DNA of 35,129 nucleotides, taken from assembly GCA_022813965.1 (NCBI GenBank), contig JALDZS010000081.1, forward strand, positions 62,001 to 97,129. Direction: 5' to 3'. The position numbers and the translations under genes were made by a program. Below the pieces are notes generated by a model. That model searched no databases. It saw only the letters and a program-made list of their open reading frames with translations, and was not told the DNA's origin. Positions within the stretch are counted from its first letter, which is position 1; every line of letters starts with the position of its first letter. Origin of the DNA: Toensbergia leucococca. Taxonomy: Eukaryota. This document shows, one piece after another, positions 23,112 through 34,369 of this stretch.

Positions 23112-24607
23112 TGTCTGCAGGGATTCCTAGCGCGCACAATAGAAAATTTCTAATTCTATTTTATGTTTCCTCAAGGGTTTTTCATCATTTTGACATTCTT
23201 TTGTAGTCTGTCATATTTCATGCTTAATCATCATATTAGTCTTGCAGAGAGAGCACAAGTGTTAACATTGCTAAAGTATAAAATTTATATTAATTCAGTC
23301 ATTACTTATACTAAATTCTTAGGAAGTTATTTATTCTCTTTACTATTATACAAGCAGTCATTTAGAGAGATAAGATATAATGTCTTTAATTAATAAAATC
23401 TAGAACAACTCTGTGTTTAATAAGACATCACGCATATATGTGACTGTACATTTTATAATTAAGATATAATGCTAACAATATAATTAATTACTTTGCTTAG
23501 ACACTAACTTCTAATATAACACTAAGAGATGACTGCTTATATAACAGTAAAGAGAATATAAGATAAGAAAGAAAGTTAGAGATTATAAATTTAACTCATT
23601 TATTTCTTTTATCTTTAAAGATAAGTATCTTACTGAAGTATCTTAAAAAGACTGTTTCATCAAGACAATATTAGAGTTAGTAGCAAAACTTCTATCACTT
23701 ATTATAAGAGATTAATATAAATATAAGAAAACAATTACTCAGATAATTAATAAACTTAATGTATCACAATAGACAATTAAACAGTCTTTTTAGTGTTAGA
23801 GCTATTAGAAATGTAATTTTAAAAGAAAGTTTAATCTCACAGTAAAGATAAAATTAACTCATCTTTAATTTACAATAAAACATAAGAACTGAATACTAAA
23901 TAACTAAAAGTGTGTAATTTAAATAAATAAGACAAGTGTGATTTTAGAACAAAAAAGAGAGAGTATACAGATATAAAAAACTATAGCAGAAGGTTACAAT
24001 TCTCAGTTGACTTCTGCTACTATTTAAAATAAATAAAAAGAATGCTTAGAATCTGCGTTTTAAGCTTTTTTCTGTTGTAATAGAAAGAATTCTATGCACT
24101 ATTAATTGTTAGAGGCTGCAAAAGAAAAGGACCCTATTTAAGATCTTAAAAAAAGAGATGAGAAATTGAAGTTAGATGTTACAGTCAGATCTAAGGTTTA
24201 GTCATAAAAATACTATTAAATAGAACACTAAAGGTAAAGATTTAAAAGTACAGAAGAGAAACACTGTATAAGTATTCAACAGAGTATCACTGAGTAATAG
24301 CTGTGACATTTAACAACTTTGCATATTAACTTTTAACTTCTGTGTTAATCTTAATCTGTGTGTAAGCTAAAATGTTAGAGTAAACTGTAACATTACTTCT
24401 TCTTACAAGTAATACCCTTATTGCTTGTAAAGAATAAAAGAAAAGAGATAAAGAAATAAAAAGAAAACACTTTTGTTGTGCTAAAAAAATTATCATGTTT
24501 TTACTCATGTTATATTAGAAGTTGCAGATTTTTATGAGAAAATTGACGCATGCATACAAAAATGTGCATTCTGAAATTTTTTTCTACAGTTCAGTGCATG
24601 CAGACAT
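23112..24607 (+). mobile_element. RIP-degraded Tc1/mariner DNA transposon relic
   Basis: Reversing RIP transitions at ~23900-24170 gives W-K-C-V-I-W-x-D-E-T-S-V-I-L-G-Q-K-R-G-S-I-R-I-W ... R-N-R-W-K-G-C-S-E..F-W..D-R-K-G-P-M-H-C-W, typical of fungal Tc1-like DDE transposases. The N-terminus at 23220 reads ...AERAQVLTLL. Only weak terminal inverted similarity remains (TGTCTGCA...AGAAAATTTC), so the ends are approximate. Confidence 0.72.
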
Positions 24608-25151
24608 CTGACAGTCTAACAGATACTTAGTGAGTATATAAAAGAGAGTAATTTATCTGTTTATCTTAATATCTGCTAACTTAGCTTGCAGAGATGAGTA
24701 TTAGAGCTTTTAATTAACTTCTTAACTGAAATCTCATAGCACTTCTTTTAAGATACTTAATAATAGCAGATCAAAGTTTTAAGTCAGTTTGATTAAAGTC
24801 TTTAATAAGAACTTAACTGCACTGCTTAATTAAGTTTTAGATAAACTTTAAATGACTTTTAAACATCAGAGAGCTGTTTTTAACAGTGATGCAGATAAGA
24901 TTCAGACTTATTTAAGTACTGAGCATAAAATGCATCAATAAGCTCTTAAGAGTGCTTAAACTCATTGTTATTTATGTTGTATTAGATGTTATCTCAAGAG
25001 TAATTATGTTATTTAACTCTATATTGAAGACAGTGATTAATACTAATATAGCAGAAGTTTATAGTCTCATTTATTACTTATTTATCTTGATTATTAACTA
25101 TTACAGATCTGAGAGGGGCATTAATCTGCTTGAGAAGAGAGTCTGTGACAG

Positions 25152-26777
25152 CATATCTGTAAAAAGTTTTTTCACTATAGTCACTATATAGTGACGGTAG
25201 TCACTGTAGTGACTGTAGCAATGTAGTGAACATAGCAATGTAGTGACCGTAGCAATATAGTAAAGTAGACTGCAACATAGCAATAATAGTAACTATCATC
25301 ACTACATAGTGACTGTAGTTAAGTATTAAAACCATTATTACTTATATTACTTATATTACTTCTATTACTAATATCATTAATATTAGTAGTTTATAGTTAT
25401 ATATAAGAATTCATTGCATTATCTCTATGCTATCTATAAAACCTATTTATAAAGTATATATTTAGTTCTAAGAAATAAAGATTACATGCACTTTGTATGA
25501 TTATTTGTCATATTTCTCTAAGCATTATACCTAGTCATTAGCATGACAATTTGAACTATGTGAGTATTATGAAATCAATCAAGTAAATAGAAAAGAGTAG
25601 TTAATGAAATTTTATGATTATTTGTTATGTTTCCTTATGCACTATCACTATTAGCATGGTAATTTAAGTTAGGTAAGCATGAAATCAATTGAGTAGATAA
25701 AAGAGGATAGTTATAGATAAAAATGTCACATTTCTCTATGCATTATCACTATTAGCATAATAATTTAAATCAGGTAAGCATGAAATTAATTGAGTAGATA
25801 GAGAAGAATAGTTAATAGGATCCTTAGATACCATTGCTATTAGCATAATAATTCAAACTAGGTGAGTATTACATCATTAATTGAGTAGATAAAGGAGAAT
25901 AGTTGATAAAATTGTATAAAAAAATGTTATGTTTCCTTAGTCATTATCACTATTAGCATGATAATTCAAATTAGGTAGGTATAAAATTGATTGAATAGAT
26001 AAAGAAGGATAGTTGTAGATAAAAATATTGCGTTTCCCTAGCTACTATCACTATTAGCATGATAATTTAAATTAGGTGGGCATGAAATTAATTAAGTAGA
26101 TAGAGGAAGATATTTATAGATAAAAATGTCATGTTTTTCTAGGCACTATTATCATTGAAATGACAATTCAAACTAGGTGAGTATGAAATTAATTGAGTAT
26201 ATGAAGGAGAATAGTAAGTAAAGTTCTAGGTGAAACTATTACATTTCTCTAGACACTATCACTATTAGCATGATAATTCAAATTAAGTGAGTATAAAATT
26301 AATTGAGTATATAAAGGAGAATAGTGAGTGAAGTTCTAGGTGAAAATGTTGTGTTTCTCTATGCACTATCATTATTAGCATAATAATTCAAATTAGGTAG
26401 GCATAAAATTAATTGAGTAGATGAAAGAGAATAGTTAGTGGAAATAGTAGATAAAAATAGTAGATGAAAATGATAAATAAAAAAGGTAAATAAAAATGAT
26501 GAATTATTTGTAGATAAGTTCATACATTTGCGCTAAGGTAGAATATAAATAAGACTTAATATGATGACATTATCTTATGATACTGAATTAATTATATTAA
26601 TGTAATGGCTGTAGCCAAAGCAACTTTTTATAGTGATAGTAGTTAAAGCAATTTTCTGTAGCAATAATAGTGAGTTTACTACAGTGACTACAGTAGCTAC
26701 AGTAGCTACAGTGACTACATAGTAAGCGTAGTGAGCATAGTGAAAGCAATTTTTAGTATTGAAAAAACTTTATACAC
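25152..26777. mobile_element. 1.6-kb non-autonomous insertion with 17-bp asymmetric TIRs, subterminal 9-mer repeats and an internal tandem array
   Basis: TGTAAAAAGTTTTTTCA (25158-25174) versus TGAAAAAACTTTATACA (26760-26776) is a 16/17 inverted match. It is flanked by the direct repeat TGACAG (25146-25151, 26778-26783). Removing the insertion rejoins the Gypsy reading frame. Confidence 0.75.
25505..26450. repeat. Tandem array, 9 copies of a ~90-111-bp unit
   Basis: The core CACTATCACTATTAGCATGATAATTCAAATTAGGTGAGYATGAAATTAATTGAGTAGATARAGGAGAATAGT recurs near 25525, 25640, 25741, 25831, 25942, 26044, 26145, 26254 and 26363. Confidence 0.92.
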
Positions 26778-27318
26778 TGACAGTCTATAGATGCATAACA
26801 TAAAATACGGAGTGTATCTTTATAAAGGCTGAGAGTTTTAGTCAGTAAATAATTTTAATCTTCTGAAGAATCATGTATGAGTTTATGTTCTTGTTATTAA
26901 GCTTAAGACACAGTCTCTTAATCTTAATGTTGTAACAGTTAAAAAAGACCTTTTAACTTATCTCATAGATAATATCTTTGCAGTAATAATTAATGTTGTT
27001 AATCATAATAACTTAAGCTCATTGTAGCTGTTTTTTTATGTATGTCAGATTTTCTTTTATAGTTTTAGTAATGTTTTCTGCTCAGTGAGCAAGAAGACAC
27101 TCAGATACTTTTATAAGTAAAGATATTTAGACTTATACTCATCTGAGAGTAAAAACCTTTATTAATAAAGAATAAAGACATTTTAGTAACAGAGAAAATA
27201 TGATTATTGTCTGTAAATTCTCTTATGAGTAAGTGCTTGACTCAGTCATTCTGATAATAATTACAGTACAGTTAAAACTAAGACTCTATATCTTGATTTA
27301 CATATTTAGATTGCTTAT

Positions 27319-27573
27319 TATTAGCATGCAGGTGTATGCAGGTCAACGTACCTGTGTCACGTTAGGTACTTTAGTGAGATGTTTTAGCGTTGTTGTTGTG
27401 TTGACGGCGTGTCTGTGTTAGCCTAACACCAAAAGCATGCCTGTTTTGAACTAAGATCAAATGTGATTAGTTCTTTACTTAAAGTCCGTGTATATATTCT
27501 GTCTCTCACACAGACTTTAGATACTATCTGATATCTACACTGGCATCTACAATCCTATCAGTCCTCTCTGACA
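27319..27573 (+). repeat. 5' LTR (255 bp)
   Basis: TATTAG (RIP-altered TGTTAG) ...CTGACA; direct repeat of 31016-31270. Confidence 0.95.
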
Positions 27574-27599
27574 GTTATAAGCCTGGTTTGAGCCAACCT

Positions 27600-27980
27600 T
27601 TGTCAGATTATCTTCTTTGTCTAAAGAGAGACTTCTTTGTCTAAGACAAGCAAGATTATTATCTTTGTTAAGAGGTAAGACATTTTATCAAGTGTCTAAC
27701 ACCTTAAGACATTTCTTTGTTAAGACACTTCCTTTGTTAAGACATCTCTTAGTCAAGACATCTTTTTGTCAAGATTTCTTTGTCAAGATTTCTTTGTCAA
27801 GACTTCTTTGTCAAGATTTCTTTGTCAAGATTCCTTTGTCAGGATCTCTTTGTCAGGATCTCTTTGTCAAGACTTCTTTGTCAAGACTTCTTTGTCAGGA
27901 CTTCTTTGTCAAGACTTCTTTGTCAAGACTTCTTTGTCAAGACTTCTTTGTCAAGATCTCTTTGTTAAGACACTTCTTTA
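27600..27980 (+). repeat. 14-bp minisatellite (TCTTTGTCAAGACT)n in the retroelement 5' leader
   Basis: About 15 regular copies at 27760-27975 with degenerate copies upstream. These produce the repetitive ORFs in all three plus frames. Confidence 0.93.
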
Positions 27981-29557
27981 TCTGTCTGATACTTAAGAGA
28001 CATCCTGCCCTATCTGTGTTAAAGACCTTCCTTACACATCTGTGTTAGTAAAAACCTAGCATAACTATTAGAAGGATTTCTAGCACTCTGTGTTGAACAG
28101 GCTTGCACTCTGTGCTGGCAGGACACTTTTAAAGAGACATCTAACACTTAAGGCTAGAAAAGAATATCTGACAAGATCTTCTTAACAGCACGTTAAAGGC
28201 TAGATGTAGACTGTTACTACAGTCTATTAGCAACCTCAAGACTAGAAACATAATCCTGCAATTAGAAGCCTTTCAGCAACACAATACAACTCCTAGCACA
28301 GCACGTTGCCAGAGTCTAGCAGTAGCATATTCTTATTACCACATCCTTATTACCATATCTTTAGTAAGCCCAGGGCTTATTAGACAACATAAGTACTAGA
28401 AAGGATATCTGTTTGGCCTCTTCTAAGGACTGAAATCTGTGGATTGTCATTGTCTAGCAGCTAGTCAACAAGCATAACATATAAGATCTTATTAACCCTA
28501 GTATAACATCTTAGCCTACCCTTCTGAAACAACCTAAGAGACCTACACTAGAAAGGTTTGACAGAACCTTAGCAACCAATAGAGAGATAGCTGCACACAC
28601 TGCTCTCTATTAACTTTATCAGTCAGAATATAAGCTTAGTCTTTAAGAGTATAAGAAATAACAAGCCGCTATCAAGAAAGTTAGAGACTTTATTAGTGAC
28701 AGTCTATCTGTTAATAACATTGTCTCTTTTGAGGTGGATAATGACACTCACCTGTAAAAGAGACTCTATGCTATTAAAAGCCATTTTTCCCCATTAGATT
28801 TTGCCCGTAAGTTAGAATTAGAACAGCTTTACCAACAACTCAGCAAGGGACCAAGCTCTAGACAGGACCCTAAGATGTGGCTTAACAAGTTCAAACAAAT
28901 GCTTGCAAAAGCAAAGGCAGAGAAGATTGCAGAAGTTTCTGATGCTAGACAGCCATACCGTGACTTTCTACTAGCTATAAAGTTAATAGCACCTATTCTA
29001 GCTACTATGCTACAACAAGAAATGCAGACTCTCAAAGAGAGAGATATATAGAAAAGACTATAAATATCTCTATAGAGGATTACTGAGGTGAAATAAAGGT
29101 GTTAAAAGCACAAGACAAGCCTGGTAATTCTGCATTCTTGACAGACAAAGAAGACAAGACCACAGAAAATAAGCCTTCTTTCTGTGGCAAACAACAGCAG
29201 CAACCTAAAGAAAAACAACAACCACAGCTATGTGTTTGTCAAGGACCTAATAATATTAATTCTCATTGATAGGTTGACTGTCTATATCTTAATAATGATG
29301 CACAGGCAAAAGGATAAAAGCCTGACAAGAAGGTTAGAAAGATGGTAGACACCAAGCTAAAGGATCTAGATTCAAGAGAGAAAGTACTACTTGCAATTAG
29401 CAAGAGCAAGAAGCATAAAGAAAAAGAAAGAAGCAAATCTTCTACTAATAAGGAAGATTTAGATGGTGTCTTTCTTAATACACTTGCTGTGAACTTCTAT
29501 CTCTGTTTCTTATAGATTATAGACTCTAAATCTTCTCTTCATGTCTGCAACAATACT

Positions 29558-30850
29558 ATGCAAGGGAGATATGTGGCAGAGAAGACTTGTAATAAGAAGA
29601 TTGCTGCTGGCAACTCTTATTTACAGGTAGAATCTGTTGATTCTATTATAATAATACTGCAGTCACCTATAGGATCTAAGAAGATAAAGTTGAATAATAT
29701 GCATTATGTGCCTTGTTTTCTTACAAACCTGGTGTCTGCAAGCATTATAGCTGATAAAGGTGTATATTTTGATACTCAGCATGAGTACTTACATACCAAC
29801 AGGGTTACAAAGTACTATGCACTCAGAAATGGTTGTTACTATCTTCTAGAAAACAACAAGACAACAATACCTACTGCAGCAGGACCTAAGTCAGCAACAC
29901 CTAAGTTAAACTCTAAAGGAGCCTTTCTTGCCGGTAAAGGAGTTAGTAAAACGCCAACTACAGAGACTAGAATTGTGCCAGGTACCAAGGCTAGGAGTCT
30001 ACCACCTGCAGATGCTACAATTCTATCACCTAAAGAGTCTGAGAGTACGCTATTAGCCACAGAGTCTAAGATTATGCTGCTAATTACAGAGACTATAGAG
30101 TCTAGTATTGCGCTGTCAGATACAGAGACTAGAGCTATGCCTACTATAGAGACTACTACTGTATTGACAGATGTGTTTCCTGCAGTTATAGCAACTATAG
30201 AGGCAGAGATTCTATCTATCACAGAGTTAGAGACCTTGTTTTCTGACGTTATAGCAACTAGACAGCCTACTATTGTGTTATCTGCGGTTATAGCAACTAT
30301 AAAAGCAGAGTTAACATCAAACAAAGAGTCTACAGTTACTATTACAACAATTATGGAGTCAGAGACAGTATTTCCTGATACTACACCTTTAAGTCTAGGG
30401 GGTGGCATTTATCCTAACACGCCTATACCTTTAAGTCTAAAAGCAGATTCAGGCGTGACAGTTACTAAGGCATTAGATCAGCTGGCTTCTCCAGCAATTT
30501 CAGTTACAACAGCTACTAAAGCGTTACCTCTGCTGGTCACTCTAGCAATTACAGCAACAACAGCTACTACGATATCACCTCAGCTAGCCTTTCTAGCTAT
30601 TCTGACCATGGTAGCTACTTACTTTACAGACCAGCTGGCAATTATAGGTATTCTAGCCATGGTGGCTACTTACTTTACAGATCAGCTGGGAATCCTAGCA
30701 ATTATAGCTATGGTAACTATTATCTACTTACTACAGCAAGCATTTTTAGCATTTCTAGCCATGAATGACAACCCTAAGGATACCTGGCTGGGATCTGTAC
30801 TACACAACACATTGTTTGAGGACAACAACCTACGGACATTACGGCTTTAA
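29558..30850 (+). pseudogene. Open remnant of the Copia polyprotein: protease C-part fused to a T/A-rich repetitive region
   Basis: In frame with the upstream knuckle and protease motifs. KKIKLNNMHYVPCFLTNLVS is a Copia protease-region motif, followed by ~330 aa of low-complexity sequence with no integrase motifs. Confidence 0.75.
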
Positions 30851-31015
30851 GACCCCAGAGAGCTCCCTTAACAACAAACCTAAGGAACAACGCATCTACA
30901 GGGCTTATTGTTACCTGCAAAACAACAAACAGCTACGCCTAGGGCTACTTGCATGGCTACTTACCCACCTGCATTTTAGGTGTTAGGATCAAAGGATTAT
31001 AATCCTGAAGGGGTG

Positions 31016-31270
31016 TGTTAGCATGCAGGTGTATGCAGGTGTACGTGCCCGTGTCATGTTACGTACTTTAGCAAGATATTTTAGCATTGTTGTTATGTTG
31101 GCAGCATGTCTGTGTTAGCCCAACACCAAAAGCGTGCCTGTTTTGAACTAAGATCAAATGTAATTAGTTTTTCACTTAAAGTCTGTGTATATATTCTGTC
31201 TCTCACACAGACTTTAGATACTATCTGACATCTACACTGGCATCTACAATCCTATCAGTCCTCTCTGACA
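31016..31270 (+). repeat. 3' LTR (255 bp)
   Basis: TGTTAG...CTGACA, preceded by a polypurine tract and followed by the TSD copy TTTAT. Confidence 0.95.
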
Positions 31271-32599
31271 TTTATCAGTCTGTGAGTAAAAGATAATGCT
31301 TAGATTGATGTTAATAGACAGACACTTGCATAAGATCTTTTATATAATAAATACAAACTGAGATTTACAGTCTAAAACAATAAAGACTGACATCTCATAC
31401 AGCTAAAAGACATTTTAAATTATTATCTTTAAAGTTTACTTTACAGAGATAGAGTATTATTATTGTTGATAAAGCAGAATATATAATAATGTTTCTTGCT
31501 AAGGTGATTAATAAAAATAATAATAATATTCTTATCTTTAGACTCAGAAAGGTTAGTGATAAAATTCATAATAATGTTCTCTTAGTGTTTAATAAGAATA
31601 AATAATGACTGCAGTAACTTGTTAAGCTTCTCTTTAAAGATCTTTACTTAATAACAGTTATAATAGTTTTAACAGTAACATTCAACTAAGACTCACAATC
31701 TGAGTCAGAAATAATATTATTGTAAAAGAGCTTCTGTGTGAGTAATATCTAAATGATCACTGACTAAAAAGTTATAAACTTTCTAAAGAATTTTAAGTCT
31801 TAACTGATTATCTGTTAAAACTTATAACTTGTTTTTACAGTAAAGAACATTATCTTTCAGAGAACATGTCTGCAGACTGATGTTCTTATAATGTGTCTTA
31901 TCTTTAGCTCAGATTCTTTTAACTTTTAGACACTTTGAGTCAGTCTTGCTAATCTCTGCAGCTCATTCAAATAAAGAGAATGAGAGATTTTCTGAGTTAT
32001 TCTTTGAGTCAGTCTCTAAGACATAATTCTTTATAAGATCACTGATAACATTCAGACTATTTTCTTCTTTTAGATTAATAAGTTTAAGAGTGATAAGAGT
32101 CAGCTTTATTAAAGAAGTCTTCAATTAGTCAATCATTAATAGAGTCTAATGTTAATGCATCTTTTAAGAATCTTTATTATTCAGAGATGAAGAGCTAAGC
32201 AGTCTGCTCAAAGTATCTGTCTTTGCATTCTATAAGTACGTTTAATAATGAATTTTTAAAGTTAAACTTAAAGAGCTTTTTAACTCAATAAGTCTATCTT
32301 TAGATTAGTTCTTTACTTTTTATAAAGAAGATTACAGCTTTATGACCAGTAAAGATCTTAATAAGAATTTTAATGCTTTTTAAATCTGACTGTTAAATTT
32401 TTAAGACAATAAATAATTGTCAGTAACTTCTTGTCATAGATCTCATAATTGCATTTCACAGATATGAGATTTTTATTAAGAAATGTTACTGAGGACAGCA
32501 GGTCATCATTCTTATACTGAGATAAGACATCTTTACTGGTATTATCTAAGAAGTTACATTTCAGAATAATTATCTGAGTGTAATTAAAATGCATGTATT

Positions 32600-33900
32600 A
32601 CAGATTATTCTAAATTCTACACTTGAGCACTGTAATACATTGACAGATTAGGCCTAGCGCCTCACTTAGACCTGCACACACATAGACAGTAAGATTTTAT
32701 CCTGTAACTTAAATTCTTTACTTATTATCATACTAAATATCAGAGATCTCAATCTCATAGTAAAATGTCTCTGACAAATGATAGTAACAGTGTAGATTCA
32801 ATTTAGATGACTTCTATTGTTATCTTTTTTAGCTACAGTATTGACAAACTCAGCTACTATGTAGCATTTATCTTATCTTAGTTCTTTAATATACAGCTTA
32901 TTTTTTCAGTTTGATTAGATAATTTCTATTATTATTATCTCTTTTACCTATTATGATATTAAAGATTTTTCTGTCCTTATTACCTTCATTATATCAGTCA
33001 TGTCTTATTATATCTCTTACACTTATTTTTTGACTGAGACTGAATACTAAAAGAATCTTAGTTACTGACTAAATACCTTTATAAGTAAAATCATTTTTAG
33101 ATAATCTTATCTAGATTCTTTTATCTCTTGCAATGACTCAGACAGAATTCTGTCATTATTCTTTTGATAATAAGTGCATAGATAAGGCAGACTGTCTTTA
33201 TTATGAACCCTAAGTCAGTAAAATGCAGAGTTATACTTCTTATAAAACTTATCTTAGACTCTGATTCAATTGCTCTTTCACTCAGAGACTAATTGCTCTT
33301 TCACTCAGAGACTACTAGAGCAAGAAATTTACTTTCTTATACAAGAGAAGAAGTTAAAGTTATATCATCAGAATTACTAGTAAGAACAGAAAATCAAGAA
33401 GCAATAAGACTAACAAATTGAGAAATAATGACTAACACATTAAAAGCAAAAAGAGCAGAAGTGACAGTAACAGGTAGTCTGATAAGAACAGAAGTAAAAG
33501 TATTTATATCTTTTACCTTTATCTCTTTTTTAATCTCTATTACACAAATAAATATTCTTACAGAAACATCACATGCAAGACTTTGTAAAGTATCAAGAGA
33601 AGAAACAACTGTGACAGTAAAATCAGCAAGAAAAGAAGAAGAAACTAAAGTAACAAAATCAGCAAGAGAAGCATATGCTTATATCTTTAACTTCTTCTTC
33701 AGTGACTTCTTCTCTAAATTCTTCTTCTTCAGCTGGATTCTATTACACATCTTATCATTAAGAGAGGAAACATCAAAAGTGAAAAATTACCTATACAACT
33801 CAAGCTCTTCAGCATCTAAAAGCCCTCATCATTCTAATCAGAACCCTACCTATCAATACTCTATCACAGCTGTGGTGGTGGTGCAGCAGGAGGGCCCAAA
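32600..33900. other. Unclassified RIP-degraded repeat-derived sequence
   Basis: AT-rich and TpA-rich; a low-complexity coding-like relic (GAA runs on the minus strand at ~33690-33730); 23-bp tandem duplication at 33268-33313. No recognisable domain. Confidence 0.5.
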
Positions 33901-34369
33901 AAGTTGATTTTTTACAACCTATAGCATTCACTCGTTGGCCAGCCAAAAAAGTTCTACCAAGCTACTAGCCTGAGCCACCTACGTCACAGCAGTCAATACC
34001 AGCAGAAACAACTAAGATCCCATCAGTATTGGTGGTGCTACACCCATTTCCAATTCCTGGCACCCCATCGCGTCTGCTCGTTGTTTTGTATTGAAAAACA
34101 CGCGATTTGTGTAATATTCACTTTCTGAAGTAATAGGACCCTGAATACATTATAAGCCTCTAAAGATTATGCCTCCCAGAACTTTGCAGTCATCACTACT
34201 CAAGCACCCAACGCGCAAAACCAAATCCAAAGCAACGGAATTGTGTGCCTTGACGAGATCTTTCCGAATCTTTAAGAATTTTGAGAATCTGTCAAGAAAC
34301 AAAAGAATTATTGCCAAAAACGTCGCCACCAGGCGAAAATCTGACCACCCTGACCCTTTGCTCCACCAG

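Larger units (their letters stand above)
27319..31270 (+). mobile_element. Ty1/Copia-type LTR retroelement, non-autonomous (gag + protease, no integrase/RT/RNase H), RIP-mutated, 3952 bp
   Basis: Two 255-bp LTRs; 5-bp TSD CTTAT/TTTAT; PBS-like GTTATAAGCC after the 5' LTR; PPT GAAGGGGTG before the 3' LTR. Gag relic WIVIV..NI*DLINP at ~28440; knuckle C-x-C-x8-H-x4-C at 29231; protease *IIDSKSSLHVCN at 29513. Confidence 0.92.
24620..32600 (-). mobile_element. RIP-degraded Ty3/Gypsy (chromovirus) pol relic: RNase H - integrase - chromodomain, interrupted by two insertions
   Basis: 32370-32594 encodes VLSQY...CNYEIYDKKLLTII (RNase H NYEIYDKELLAI). The integrase core motif F(H)(P)QTD(G)QS(E) is split at 31271/27318. 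IH(P)VF(H) lies near 26800 and chromodomain relics (TDPLP-like, ELIDAF.AQY) at 24900-25145. The outer ends and LTRs were not identified. Confidence 0.85.

Noticed and set aside
25505..26450. CRISPR-like repeat-spacer array, or an array of micro-exons (units contain AG-GTGAGT/GTAAGC)
   Set aside because: The context is eukaryotic with no cas genes, and the linkers are homologous to each other. The donor-like hexamer varies (GTGGGC, GTAGGT) in a way consistent with RIP of GTGGGC.
27617..28048. Three overlapping ORFs with SRLLCQDFFVK repeats
   Set aside because: They are a translation artefact of the stop-free 14-bp minisatellite.
29839..30408. 189-aa antisense ORF in the Copia element
   Set aside because: Shadow of the low-complexity sense ORF.
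30580..30765. Hydrophobic repeats at the end of the retroelement ORF as an env-like transmembrane domain
   Set aside because: Many Leu, Val and Ile codons here are CTA, GTA and ATA, the expected RIP products of CCA (Pro), GCA (Ala) and ATG/ACA. The hydrophobicity may be largely a RIP artefact.
33428..33907. 159-aa ORF in AT-rich DNA
   Set aside because: Low-complexity, RIP-type composition; probably a chance open frame in a relic.
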